Of a stretch of 55,611 nucleotides of DNA, positions 37,087 through 49,093 are shown one piece after another. Every line of letters starts with the position of its first letter. The stretch's first letter is position 1. A program made the translations under genes and the position numbers. Source of the DNA: Reclinomonas americana ATCC 50394 (Eukaryota); assembly GCA_048213135.1 (NCBI GenBank), contig PS015453.1, positions 104,983-160,593 of the forward strand, given 5' to 3'. Under the pieces are notes generated by a model that was not told the origin of the DNA, made no database searches, and worked only from the letters and a program-made list of their open reading frames with translations.

Positions 37087-39754
37087 GCACTCGGTGATCG
37101 CCTTCTTGCGGCAGGAAAACCACAGTGCCGACAACACCCTGTGGACGAGTCGGTGAACTGCAAGGCGCATGCGCAACTACGACTGCCTCTGCAACATCGC
37201 AACAACAACACACCTCGACCTCCGTGTCGATAATGTCAAGATTCGTAAAAGGGCTGGCGTTACCGCCAATGGCTTGCGGCAGCTGGTGTTGAATGCGGAC
37301 AGCGGCGTTGGCCGGAATGCTGGCATTCTCCCACTCCAGCACGACAAAGGCACCACTGCCTTCGGTGCCCTCCACTCGCCGAATCGCCGGTGGGTGATAT
37401 TGCACAGCTGCACGCAACGGCACGTGAGTGGAACGAGCGACGGAAGGACGGGTGCGAGGGGAGATGGCAGTACCTTCGGCCGAGTCACCGAGTCGATAGA
37501 CCTTGGTGGTGTGGTCGCGAGAGCCAGAAGCAAAACGCTCTCCCGTCGGATCCCAGCACACGGCATCAATGTCGGCCTCGTGGTCCGCCACTTTGCACAC
37601 CGCAGTGCCGGTGTCGCCGTCCCAGATGCGCACAGTGCCGTCCCAGCTGCACGACAATAGTTGCACGCCACGCTGACGATGCAAACGAGAGGAAAGCATG
37701 AGATCATCAGCAGCTCAGCTGTTTCAGCGACAAGCCGACGAAACTGGCGACCAGGCGCAGTCAAACACGGGACTCGTGTGCCCCTCGAGAAGCCGCAAAC
37801 AGCGAGCCGTGTGTGGTGACCAGATGCGCAACGTCTTGTCTCGNNNNNNNNNNNNNNNNNNNNNNNNNNNNNNNNNNNNNNNNNNNNNNNNNNNNNNNNN
37901 NNNNNNNNNNNNNNNNNNNNNNNNNNNNNNNNNNNNNNNNNNNNNNNNNNNNNNNNNNNNNNNNNNNNNNNNNNNNNNNNNNNNNNNNNNNNNNNNNNNN
38001 NNNNNNNNNNNNNNNNNNNNNNNNNNNNNNNNNNNNNNNNNNNNNNNNNNNNNNNNNNNNNNNNNNNNNNNNNNNNNNNNNNNNNNNNNNNNNNNNNNNN
38101 NNNNNNNNNNNNNNNNNNNNNNNNNNNNNNNNNNNNNNNNNNNNNNNNNNNNNNNNNNNNNNNNNNNNNNNNNNNNNNNNNNNNNNNNNNNNNNNNNNNN
38201 NNNNNNNNNNNNNNNNNNNNNNNNNNNNNNNNNNNNNNNNNNNNNNNNNNNNNNNNNNNNNNNNNNNNNNNNNNNNNNNNNNNNNNNNNNNNNNNNCGAC
38301 GATGTGAGTACGTACCTGTGTCACACATGCGATGAGAGGAGGGACATAAATCCTTGGGGAAGACAGTGAAACAGAACGCACCGATCATCTGGACTCCACG
38401 CCACACCCCACACGCCTGCCGTGTGACCACGCAGAGTGGCAACAAAGGAACGCTCCGAAACCGACCAGATGCGCGCCGTTTGATCCTCGGAGGCAGAGGC
38501 CACTCGGTCTCCCTCCGTGCTAAACGCCTGTGAGAGAGAGAGAGAGAGAGAAAGCATGAGGATCCCCCGACGGAGGCAACGGAGACGACAATCGACACAC
38601 ACGCACCACGCGCCACACAGTGTCCTCATGGCCTCGCATCTTCGCAATTGCCCGCTGCTCACGGAACGACCACAGTCGCACCATGCCGTCGCCACAGCCT
38701 TGCATCGAAATGGGCGAGTGAGTGACAAGGAGACAGCAACGCGAGGAGCAAAAAAAAAAAACACACGACACTTACCGGAAACAATCAGATCGCCCTTGGA
38801 ACACGTGGACACGCCCCACACAAACGACTTGTTGGCGCCGGTGAACGACGACACGCACTTGCTGCGCATGAAATCCCACACCGTGACTCGTCCATCACGA
38901 GTTCCCGCGACGAGCAAGTGGCCGCGATACCCGTACATCCACTGCCATAAACGCAATGAGACAACCAGCAACAACAACAACAAAAAAGGAAGAAATCGAC
39001 TCACCGCCACGGCAAACACCGGCTCCCCGCCATGCGGTAGCGTCGCAAAGCAGCGCCCACTCTCCGTATCCCACACTCGCACATGCCCATCACGCGAGGC
39101 CTCAGCCAGCAACGCCTCACAGCCCACATTCGGGTTGAACGCCACCCCCAACACATCATCGCCCGCCTCCCGCAACGTATGCTCCACATCAGCGCGCACC
39201 GGCACCGCCAACGCCCCCAACGCCGCCGTCGGAGAAAACGCAGACAACGTACTGCTGTCGCCACTGCTGGCCACGCGCAGATCCAGTGCCAGCGAGGTGT
39301 GTCGCGAGTGCCCCGAGCCCGAGCGGCGCAGTGCTGGTGGTGTCCCTGGGCTGCGTGAGGACGACGATGGAGAGCCGCCGGCGGAGACAGACGAGGCCGA
39401 GTCGTGTCGCGAGTGGCCTCCGCCTCCGCCTCCGCTGCGTCGTCGCGCAGAGGCAGTGGAGGAGGGTGTCGAGGCCGTGGAGGGACTGTGCAGCTGCATC
39501 ATGGCGGCGGCGGCGGCGGCGACTGCGGAGACGTCGCTGGCGCGGCGCATGCTGTTGCTGCGTGGGGAGATGCCGGAGGGCGGCGAGTGTGCAGAGGCAG
39601 CAGCTGCTGCTGCGGAGGCCGCGGAAGGCGAGAGAGAGGGTTTGGTGCCGCGTGGAGTGGTGCCTGAGCTCGGTGAGGAGCCTTGGGAGGTGTCATTGGG
39701 CGAGCGGCTGTTGCTGCGTAATGAGCCAGAGAGGGGTGGAGGAACGCGCAACAT
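37087..39754 (-). CDS. WD40-repeat protein with a Ser/Pro-rich N-terminus and a possible C-terminal FN3-like segment (gapped; C-terminus missing)
   Basis: Multiple WD repeats: LAEASRDGHVRVWD, LVAGTRDGRVTVWD, RVASASEDQTARIWS, LRGHTAGVWGVAWSPD, LLSCSWDGTVRIWD, FASGSRDHTTKVY. Confidence 0.85.
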
Positions 39755-39973
39755 TCGCGGAAGTCGGTTGTAGCCTATAATGTAATATGGTGACTTCGCG
39801 ACGTCATGCGCGCTCTCTGTCTCTCTCTGTCTCTTCTCTCTTTCGGGCTTTGCACTATTGCAACTACTATCGTCGCCTCTCACACTGCAGTCCGCGCTTG
39901 CCAGGAAAAGCAGGAAATGTCGCCTTTATTGCTGTCGGACACACATTACAATCACAAGCGCGCGCGCAGAGCA

Positions 39974-41154
39974 ATGACAGGAATGCGTGTGGCCATAAGT
40001 CAACTCCATGCCGTGCCCGGAGACACGGCTGCCAATGTGGCACGTGTGCAGCAGGTGCGCGCGGAGACGGAAAAAACACCGCCCTGTGTGTTGACTCACT
40101 CTCTCTCTCTCTCTTCCTGTCTTGCAGGTGGCCTCTGCACTTCGTGATCACGCCGACCTGGTGCTCTTCCCGGAGACGTATCTGAGCGGGTACCACGTGG
40201 GCCCGACGGTGATGCGTCGATGTGCAGTGGAGCTGCCGACTCCGATGCACGACGACTCACACCCACTGCTCGCGGTCGCGCGTGCAGCGCGCGAGGCCGG
40301 CGTGGCCATTGGTTTCCCGTATGCGGAGCTGGTGAAGAGCGCGAGTGGCGATGAGGTGTACAACTCGTTTGCGCTGTTTGATATCGATGGTGCGCTGCTG
40401 GCCAACTACCGCAAGTCGCACTTGTGGGGCTGTGAGTACGAAAAGGTGGTGTTCCGGCCTGGCCCTGGCCCGCTCACTCCGTACGCCATGAGCAACGTGT
40501 TGAATGACCCGTACACGCCCGTGTGCCTGCATGGTACGCAGCGTGTTGTTGTTGCAGAGCCCTCCGTCGCTGCAAAACAACACTGACCCCCTTCAAACAG
40601 GCTTCCCCGACATCCCGATCGGCCTGCTGGTGTGCTTCGACATTGAGTTTCCGGAACCGTCGCGTATCTATGCCACTCGCGGCGCCAAGATGGTGATTGC
40701 CGTCATGGCGTCGGCCGAGGCGCACGGTCTCACCTCGCGCTGCATTGTGCCGACGCGCGCCGTCGAGAACCACATTGGTGTGTTCTTTGTCAACTACCCG
40801 TCGTCGGCGGTGCCGCCAGTGCCTGACGCGCCCGACGCCATTCAGCTGTCGGGCACCTTTAGTGGCGGCAGCACGGCGGCGGCGCCCGACGGCACCGTGC
40901 TGTGCTCGTTGCCGGCGTATGCCTCCGCCTCCGGCGCCGACTCGAAGAAGATCCGCTACGACGATCCCGAGGCCTACGATCCTGCGCTGACCGAGACGCT
41001 GCGACAGCAGCTCAGCCTCGGCGACGATGAGTACGTGTTTGTCGTGAACTTCAACCCGTTCACGGAGCACCACGTCGACGACGCCGTGCGCAATCCCTAC
41101 CTGCAAGACCGACGTGTCGACCTCTTTGCGGGCATCATGGAGAAGCGCGAGTGA
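39974..41154 (+). CDS. Carbon-nitrogen hydrolase (nitrilase superfamily), resembling bacterial R-amidase/5-aminopentanamidase; 2 introns
   Basis: Catalytic triad motifs LVLFPETYLSGY (Glu), ANYRKSHLWG (Lys) and GLLVCFDIEFPE (Cys), plus VPTRAVEN and NPYLQDRR. Confidence 0.9.
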
Positions 41155-41213
41155 TGAGGTCGGGAAGGGAAATAAGCTAAACTATGAACGTATAGAGAGA
41201 TTGGCGAAAGAAT

Positions 41214-43049
41214 TCATAGTTTGGCTCGCAGTGGTGCTGTCGATGCGACCAGCTCGGTCAGCTTGCACTGCCATTCGACCTGCGAGCGCGGCAAGTCGAC
41301 ACCGTAGCCCGCCACCGAGGCGAACCGCGTCGGCTTCTTCACCGCGGCCTCCATCACCGCACGCGCACGTGCCGGCGTGTGATTCGTCTGCATCTCGCCC
41401 TCCCAAAACGCGTCGCCCAGCGCCTGCCGAATGGCCTCCTCAAACTTGCACGGATGTGCCGTGGCAAGGCACACGGTGACAGTCGACGGCACCTTGGCGC
41501 GGCGCGCGGCACACACACCCACGGCCGTGTGCGGGTCGGCCAAGTAGTGCTCCTTTTCCCACAGCTGACGAATCGTGTCCAGCGTCTCGGTGTCGCTCAC
41601 CTGCAACGCGTCGCGAGATCAAAACACACAACCAAACACTCTCCCGACGAGAGATTGTCACGAACGAAGACCCACCGCCACAGAGGAGATCACCGACTGG
41701 ATGTTCTTCAACACGGAGCCGCCGAGGGTCACCTTGCCGACGCGGTCCATGGTCTGCATCCACGAGCGGAGCTGCGACGAGTCCTCGCCACTCAGCAGGT
41801 ACAGCAGACGCTCGAAATTGTACGGCACCTGTACTCATGCATCAGCACAACCTCCGCCATCCCGTCACCAGCCTTTCCCTTCCCCCCTGTTCGCAACTTG
41901 CGTGTTGATGGCCTCCGACACGGTGCGCACCATCTGGTCGGCGCGGTGGAATTCGCCGAGACGCACCGCACGATCCACAATATCGTTGGCATTCACACCG
42001 AGAATGAAACGCTCGACCTGCGGCAAGAAACCCATGCGACGGGCGATGAGGCCGGCCGAGATGTTGCCCATGGCGCCCGTCGGCACCGCAAACACCACTC
42101 GCGCATCGGCGCCGTGCTTGTCGAGCACGCGCAAGTAGGCCCACACTGTAAAGCACCAATCCAGTGAGCAACACACGTCGCCGACGCTGCTGTGGCATGT
42201 GTGCGCGCGAACCATAGTGCACGACCTGCGCCACCACACGCCCCAGATTGATGCTGTTGACATTGGAGAGACCGTAGCGCCGCTTCAGAGCGCGATCCTG
42301 AATCATGTTCTTGATGGGCCGGTCCATGTCGTCACCCGCACCCTCGTAGGTGACCACGTGCACATTCGGCGCATCGACCGTGGTCATTTGCCGCTCCTGC
42401 AACGCCGACACCTGCCCCTCGGGGAAGCACGCAAAAATGCGCAGTCGCTTCGAACCGAGAGCACCGTGAATGGCGGCCGGACCCGTGTCGCCCGTGGTGT
42501 TGACCAGCAACGTGAGATTCGCCTCTCGCCTGGCATGAACGAGATGAGTGAAAGCGAGACAAGAGTTTCTCCGATGCATGCATACCGAGTGGCAAAGTAG
42601 TCCAGCAGGCGGCACATGATCTGCTGCCCGACATCCTTGAACGAGAGTGTGGGGCCCGCAAACAGCTCCGCCACCAGCAGCTGCTCACTGGCACTCATGG
42701 TCTTGATCGGCACCACCACACTCGGCTCCTCAAACGTCGCCGCTGCCGCCTCCACAATGCGCTGCAACTCTGTTCGCGGAACCTGTCTCTCACACACACA
42801 AGTCAATTGCCCGTCTCTTTTCCTCCGTCACACTCCTTCGCAAGTTACCTCCTTCTCGGTGATGAACACGCGCAACACGGCCAAGCACAAGTCGGGAAAG
42901 TCGAGGGCGCGCCACTGATGCAGACGCGCTGCAGTCACGCGCGGCCATGTGGCCGGAACATACAGCCCACCATCAGGCGCGTAACCCGACAGAAGCGCTT
43001 CCTCAAAGCTCACGCGAGAGCCTCCGCCGCGCGTCGACACAAACTTCAT
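41214..43049 (-). CDS. thrC: Threonine synthase / threonine synthase-like PLP enzyme, 6 exons
   Basis: MKFVSTRG, LSGYAPDGGLYVP, ELFAGPTLSFKDVG (PLP Lys), TTGDTGPAA, NVNSINLGRVVAQVVHY, VPTGAMGNISAG, QVPYNFERLLY, YLADPHTAVG, LATAHPCKF. Confidence 0.93.
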
Positions 43050-43116
43050 TCGCGTCGCGCGCCAATGACCCCAATTGAAGTCCCCAGCGGACGACCAAAG
43101 TGCCTTTTTTTGTGAT
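43050..43116. promoter_or_regulatory. Minimal bidirectional promoter (67 nt between divergent ATGs) with two CCAAT elements
   Basis: Sequence gcgCCAATgaccCCAATtg lies between the threonine synthase ATG (43049, -) and the coiled-coil gene ATG (43117, +). Confidence 0.45.
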
Positions 43117-44349
43117 ATGGACGAGCAGAGTGCGGCGAGTGTGATTCGCGACTTTGCGGCGCGACAGGAGCGCGAGGTGGAGACGCTGCGCAGCGATTTG
43201 GCGCGCGCCGAGGTCGACGTGGCGACATTGCGTGCGCGTCTTTCCGACGCCGAACGCGAGATTCTCCGCTTGCAGCCGCATGCGGTGGCCGCAGCGCGAG
43301 AGGCCATGGTGCAGGTGTGTCTGTGTGGAAAGAGCGCGTGCGTGTGTGTACGTCATGTCGCTCATCCCTTGTTTGCGCTGTGACCAGGAGGACCTGATCA
43401 CGCTGTTGAATCGCCATGAGGGCGGCTTCCGCACCTCGTCACACAAGGTGCGTTGTGCGGGAGCGATCGGTGCATTGTGCGAGCGATTCTGATGTCTGTG
43501 TGTGTGTGTGCGCAGACGACGATCGAGCGCCTGGACGAGCTGTTCATCGCCTTTGAGATGAACAAGATCGAGCTGGAGCGGCGAGTGGCCGCGCTGCAGC
43601 GAGAGCAGGAGGCAGTGAGTGTGTCGCGCGACAATGCCACGCGAGTGACCACGCAGTTGCATCAGGAGGCGGCGCAGTTGCGCGCGCAGGCGGAGGAGGC
43701 GAGGAGAGCGCGCATGGATCAGCATCGCGAGGTCGAGCGCGCGTCGGCAGAGACACAGTCGCTGCGACGAGTGGCGGAGGATCTGCGCGAGGCGCTGGAT
43801 CGGGCCACTGCGCGGGCGTTGGAGGCGGAGGCACAGACGGCGACGCGCATGGCTGAGTTGAACAAGCAGGCGCAGGTGTATCAGGAGGTGCGCACCGATC
43901 GAACGCGCCTGCTCGATCGTGTCGGGCAGCTGGAGGAGGAGCTGCGACGGACGCAGTCGCAGCTGCATGATGCGATGCGTACGAGAGAGATCGCCGCCAC
44001 CTCGGCGCTCACCGACGCCCGACGAGAGCTCGACATGCGCGAGACGAACATGCGAGTGGAGTTTGAGCGCGTGTTGCAGGAGCGCGATGCCGAGGTGCAC
44101 GCGCTGCGATCGCGCTGTGAGCTGCTGGAACGCGAGCTCTCCGATGCACACAGTCAAGTTGCGTGGCTCTCTCGTGCAAGCAGCGACGAGGCCCCAGGCA
44201 TCTCATCATCATTCATACATGCATATGCACAGGTGGCCGGCTTGCGAGGCATGCTGTTGCATTTCGACGCAGAACGGGAACGCGCCGAGCAAAAGCTTGA
44301 GCGCATGCAGGAATGGATCCACTCCAAATCCGCCTCCTCGTACAGATGA
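43117..44349 (+). CDS. Long coiled-coil hypothetical protein, 4 exons
   Basis: E/R/A/L-rich heptads throughout. Introns 43315-43387, 43448-43515 and 44158-44232. Confidence 0.7.
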
Positions 44350-44465
44350 AAAGCTGCGGTGGCGCCACAGGTGGCACGGAGGAAGACAACAACAAAAGTG
44401 AAAATAGTTTGCGTTTTTTTCCGACCGCGCGCGCGCGATTCGATTCTCATAAGAGAGGGAGAGAG

Positions 44466-47226
44466 ATGGCCTCGGGCAGCAAGGACCCACTTGCGGCTCT
44501 GGCCTCGGCCAACTTTATGTCCGACAACACCCCGCGTGTGGAGGGACAACTGCGGGAGATGATGCGCGAACGCATTCTGCACGACATGCTGGGCGACTCG
44601 AGCAGCTCACATCGCGTGCTCATTGTCGACGAGTATGCCACACGCATTCTCGACTGCACGTGCACCATGGATGACATTGCCTTGCGTGTGGCAGGTGTGT
44701 GAGTGTGAGAGTGAGAGAGTGCATGCATGCAATCTGTTGTTGATTACATTGTGTGTGTGTCAGTCGTTGAGCGACTGGAGCTGCAGCGGCAACCGTTTCC
44801 CGACTTGGATGCCATGTACTTTGTGGCGCCAACTGTGGCCTCGTTCCGCGCGATTGCCGCCGATATAACGCGCTCGAGACTGTATGGAGCCTCGTATGTG
44901 TACACCACGGGAAGCATCAGTGATGATGTGCTGGAGGTGCTGGTGTCCTCGGGAGCCGCACAGCGACTGGCGGATCTCGGTCTGTGCGAGCGTGGAGAGG
45001 TGCTGCGTTGTTTGTGTCTCACTCGCTGCGGTGTGCAGTGGAATTCAATCTGGACTTTTGGGTGGTCGAGAGCCGAGTGTTCTCGCTTGGTCGGCCGCAC
45101 AGCATGTACATGCTGTACTCGCAGAGCGAGTATGCGATGGCGCACAGGGCCCGGGAGGTTGCCAACATTGCGCAGCAGCTCACCACGCTGTGCATTTCGC
45201 TCAAGGAGAACCCGTTCATTCGGTACACGGCCACCGACGAGACCAGCCGTCGTGTGGCGACCATGGTGGAGAACAACCTGCTTCGATACAAGAGTGACGT
45301 GCCGACATTCAAGGTCTCTCTTCTTCTTCCCCGTGTATCTCAGTCTGCGTGTGCTTGCTGATTGATTCTTCGCCGCCAGTTCAACAACGATCGTGCCACG
45401 CTCATCATTGTGGACAGGCGCTTCGACGTGGTGTCGCCGCTGTATCATGACTATCACGTGCAGTCGCTGGCCTATGATTTGCTGGACATCAAGGGGGATG
45501 TGTATGAGGTGGCGGTCGAGGGCGGCAAAAAGGTGCGCGGCCTGCTGCGCGATTCGAACACGCTGTGGACGCAGATGCGCCATCGGCACGTGGGCGACGT
45601 TGCCGAGCCGCTGCAAAGCTACCTGCTCGGTCTCAGTCGCAACAAGGTCGCCGGCTATCAACCAACGCCAGTTGCGTGGTGCTGTTTCCTGTATGCTGTC
45701 CCTCCCGAAGTTAACACTCGCCGGTGCAGGAGACCTCGACGACGTCCATGCTCGCCGTGCTGCGCGCTCTGCCCGCCTACCGCCAGCAGGTGGACGAGTA
45801 CACGGTGGTGGCGTCGATTACGCACGATGTGATTGAGACGGAGAGGCGGCGCGGTCTCCGCCGTCTGGCGCAGCTGGAGGAGGATCTGATTTTGGGAGCG
45901 GATCCAGACGGAGGCAAGATCAAGTCGCCGTATCAGGCGCTGCTCGATGTCATTGACAGCAGTGCCGGTGCAGAGTTGCGGCGGTGTGCGTGTCTCTGTG
46001 ATTCGGGAGCAGGTGGATTGCTCATTGTTGGATCTTTTCAATCGTGGCAGCCCCGTGGACCAAGTGCGGCTGCTTCTGATTTACATGAAGGTGGTCGGTG
46101 GAATGACGGACGAGCAGCGCATGCAGCTGATGCACCGACTGCAGTTGCCAACGGCGGTGAGTCCTGACTTCTTGCTCTAACACTTGTTGGCAGTGGGATG
46201 ATTAACATGCAATGCAGCTGCAAGACGCCGTGCGCAATGTGGCCTACCTTGACGTGCCGGTGGTGGTGTCGGATCGCAAGACGGGTACGCGTGAGCTGAA
46301 GGAGACCAATCGGTCCAAGGAACTGCGCAAAGCACGGCGCCCGGGCGAGGAGTTTGTGATTCTCAATCGCCACACGCCCACTGTTGCACAGCTGCTGCAG
46401 GTGTGATGCTCGCGGTGGACTCCTTCTATTCTCGTCGCCGTTCGTTGACATTTGGTCCCCTCCTCGCAGGATTCGGTCGCGGGCCAGCTCTCTGCCGCCG
46501 ACTACATGTACACGACGCCACCGGAATCCACCGGCCCCGCCACACGTCGCCGCGTAAAGCCACAGGTTTGTCGACTGGTGATGATTTTTGCAAATGGTCG
46601 TGAATTGCGTCTCAACCGCGACACCCCATCGCAGACACAACGAGTGATTGTGTTTGTGCTGGGTGCGGTCACGTATGCCGAGCTGCGCGCCGTGTACGCC
46701 GCCGCTGGCTCCACGTCTGACACGGACTTTATCGTCGGTATGTGTCTTTGTTTTTTCCTGAATATAGACATCAATCGCTCACTCGGGCTGGGCGTGCGCT
46801 TCGCCACGTGCAGGTTCGACTGAAGTCTGCAGTGCAGTGCGCTTTGTGGACCTGCTGAGTGAGCTGGACATGCCGATGCCCAACGAGTTGCGTTTCCTCC
46901 ACCTTCCTCCCCACTTCCCTCCATTCCGCGCCTGACGGCTGCAGCGTAGAGGCGATGTGGCTGGCGGTACCGGCGGTGGTCGCACCGCGCGGCCAAGCAC
47001 CTTTGCAGCAGCACCTGCAGCATCAGCAGCCGCACCCTCAGCAGCCGCACCAGCATCCTCCGGGACCGCCACCTCTGCCGCCTCGGCTCCTGCCTCCGCC
47101 GCCGCACCAGCCTCAAACAGCGCCCCAAACTCGGCTCGTCGCAACCGAACCCGCATCCCCGACGACGACGACATTGTCGCAGGTGGCTCAGCGCGCGACC
47201 CCTTCCGAGGCTGGAATCCCACATAA
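44466..47226 (+). CDS. SEC1: Sec1/Munc18 (SM) family protein, paralogue B, 11 exons
   Basis: HRVLIVDEYATRILDCTCTMDDI, VERLELQRQPFPDLDAMYFVAPT, LTTLCISLKENPFIRY, TLIIVDRRFDVVSPLYHDYHVQSL, LEEDLILGAD, RVIVFVLGAVTYAELRAVY. Collinear with paralogue A. Confidence 0.93.
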
Positions 47227-47285
47227 AAAAAAAGAGAAACCAAACTTGCATTTCGCGTCCTTTGCTTGCGCGGGACACAACGAGA

Positions 47286-48730
47286 ATGCCTCTGCGTGGA
47301 GGAGCCTACGCAGCTGCTGCTGCACCTGCTGGTCCCACAGGTCGCCTGCGCGTGAACGGCGGCGATCACGATCAGTTTACACACACACGCCGACCGCTCT
47401 TGCATGTGCCTCCATCGCCTCCACGTCCCACCAACATGATGACTGTGAACGGCTATCACCACCACAAGGTCGACACCTTCCACGAAGACGTCGACATTGA
47501 CGATGACGATGACGACGACGATGATGATGATGAGAGCAGCATGGAGAGGAGAAGACGGATTTCACGATCGCGACAGACCGTGTCGTTGTTGGCGATGGAT
47601 TTTGAGAGTGCAGAGGCCGCGGTGGCCGCAGCAGCAGCCGCAGCAGCAACAGAGGGTGCACCAGATCGGCGAGCATTGTACGTGGCAGCAGGCGCGGGCG
47701 CGGTGACGCTGGCGTTGGGCGGGCACCTGCTGACGCGCCTGCTGACCTCGTCGAGGGTGCGGAGTGGCGGGCTGATGAGTGCGTCGACGGCGCATGAGGT
47801 GGTGCGCTTTGTGTCGTCGACGGTGGCGGTGGTGCTGGGCGCGGCCACGTTTGTGCAGTCGCGTCGGTTGCGTCGCGGCACTCTGCGGTCGACGAGAGAC
47901 GGGGCGTCGCGATTGTCGGCGTTTGCCACCGGCGCCATTGCTGGCACGCTGGTCTATGAGAGCGTGGACTACCTGCCGAACCGGTGAGTGGTCATGTGGT
48001 GCTCTTCATTGTCTTCTTCTGTGCGTGGCTCATTGCAGCGTGTGTGCAGACCGGTGCCGCCGGCGGCCTCGTTGTGGGCACATCATATTGGGTTCGGTGG
48101 CGTGTACCTGATCTGCGCGCTCACGCACCGTCTGCTGCCGCTGTGCTCCGCGGCCGGCATCAGCGAGGTGCTGCCCATGTCGACCATGCTGACCACGTGG
48201 ACCGCGCGCTACTGGTATGCGAGCATGCCCTGTTGGTTGTCGTGTTGCGACTTATCAGTTTGCACAGGCCGCAATGGGAGCGCGCCGCCAAGTGGTTCGC
48301 CATGGCGTGCATGATCTTCCGGCTCGCGTTAGATGTGCACTGGGCGCGCATGTGGTGGTACATTTGCCGACGCGCCTTCCGTTCCACCGCCGCCGCCCGC
48401 AAGTCACCGCAAAAGACCACCGGCAGAGTCGCGCAACTGCATGCAGTTACCACCACCACTCCGAGCCCATCGGCACGTGCGGCCCACAAACTGCAACTCG
48501 CCGGTGTCTCGCCTCAACGCATGGCTCACTCGCCGGCCGCCGCCAAGTCGGCCTCACCGCTGCCGCTGCTGGATCTCATGCACTCGTCGTCCTCTTCATG
48601 TGCATCGTCGTCGTCGTCGTCCTTGTTCGCCGAGAGAGCCACCATGGTCACAGCCTTCCCGGCACTGGCGCTCGTCAGCGGTCTCGATGTCCTGTGGACG
48701 AAGCAAGTGTGGGATGCGCTCTGGCGATGA
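47286..48730 (+). CDS. Multi-pass membrane protein, TLC (TRAM/LAG1/CLN8)-domain-like, 3 exons
   Basis: Hydrophobic helices with TLC-like residues: WAHHIGFGG, GISEVLP, MIFRLALD, SGLDVLWTKQVW. Acidic N-terminus. Introns about 47984-48049 and 48215-48267. Confidence 0.6.
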
Positions 48731-49093
48731 CGATTGTCGCGAACTGCAAATACAGGGCGATATCGGATGTGGTTTTTTATTTTTCCTGTCCCCGTCATTT
48801 GCACCGCAATCGTCAAGTTAGAGAAGAGCTGGCTGGCTTCCTAGCCCATAGCTGACAGGCAGGCGAAGCACAAACATTTGGAAGCCGAGAGAGGTCCGAA
48901 AACTGACCGTTACTCGATGACTCATCACTTCATCTGTCCCTCGTGATTGATCACACAGATTGATCGTCGTCGTCCACCGCAAGCTCGTTCTTTAGATCGT
49001 GTGTGTGCGTGTGTCAGTGAACAAGAGACGCTCTCGTATACATCGCGCGCGAGCACAAGCACATACATACTCGTACGCAGTAGATCGTCACCA

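Noticed and set aside
38517-39773. Long antisense ORFs (e.g. 38517..39773 +, 43003..44157 -, 24238..25614 -, 52275..52943 -)
   Set aside because: These are shadows of GC-rich coding sequence on the opposite strand with no independent motifs.
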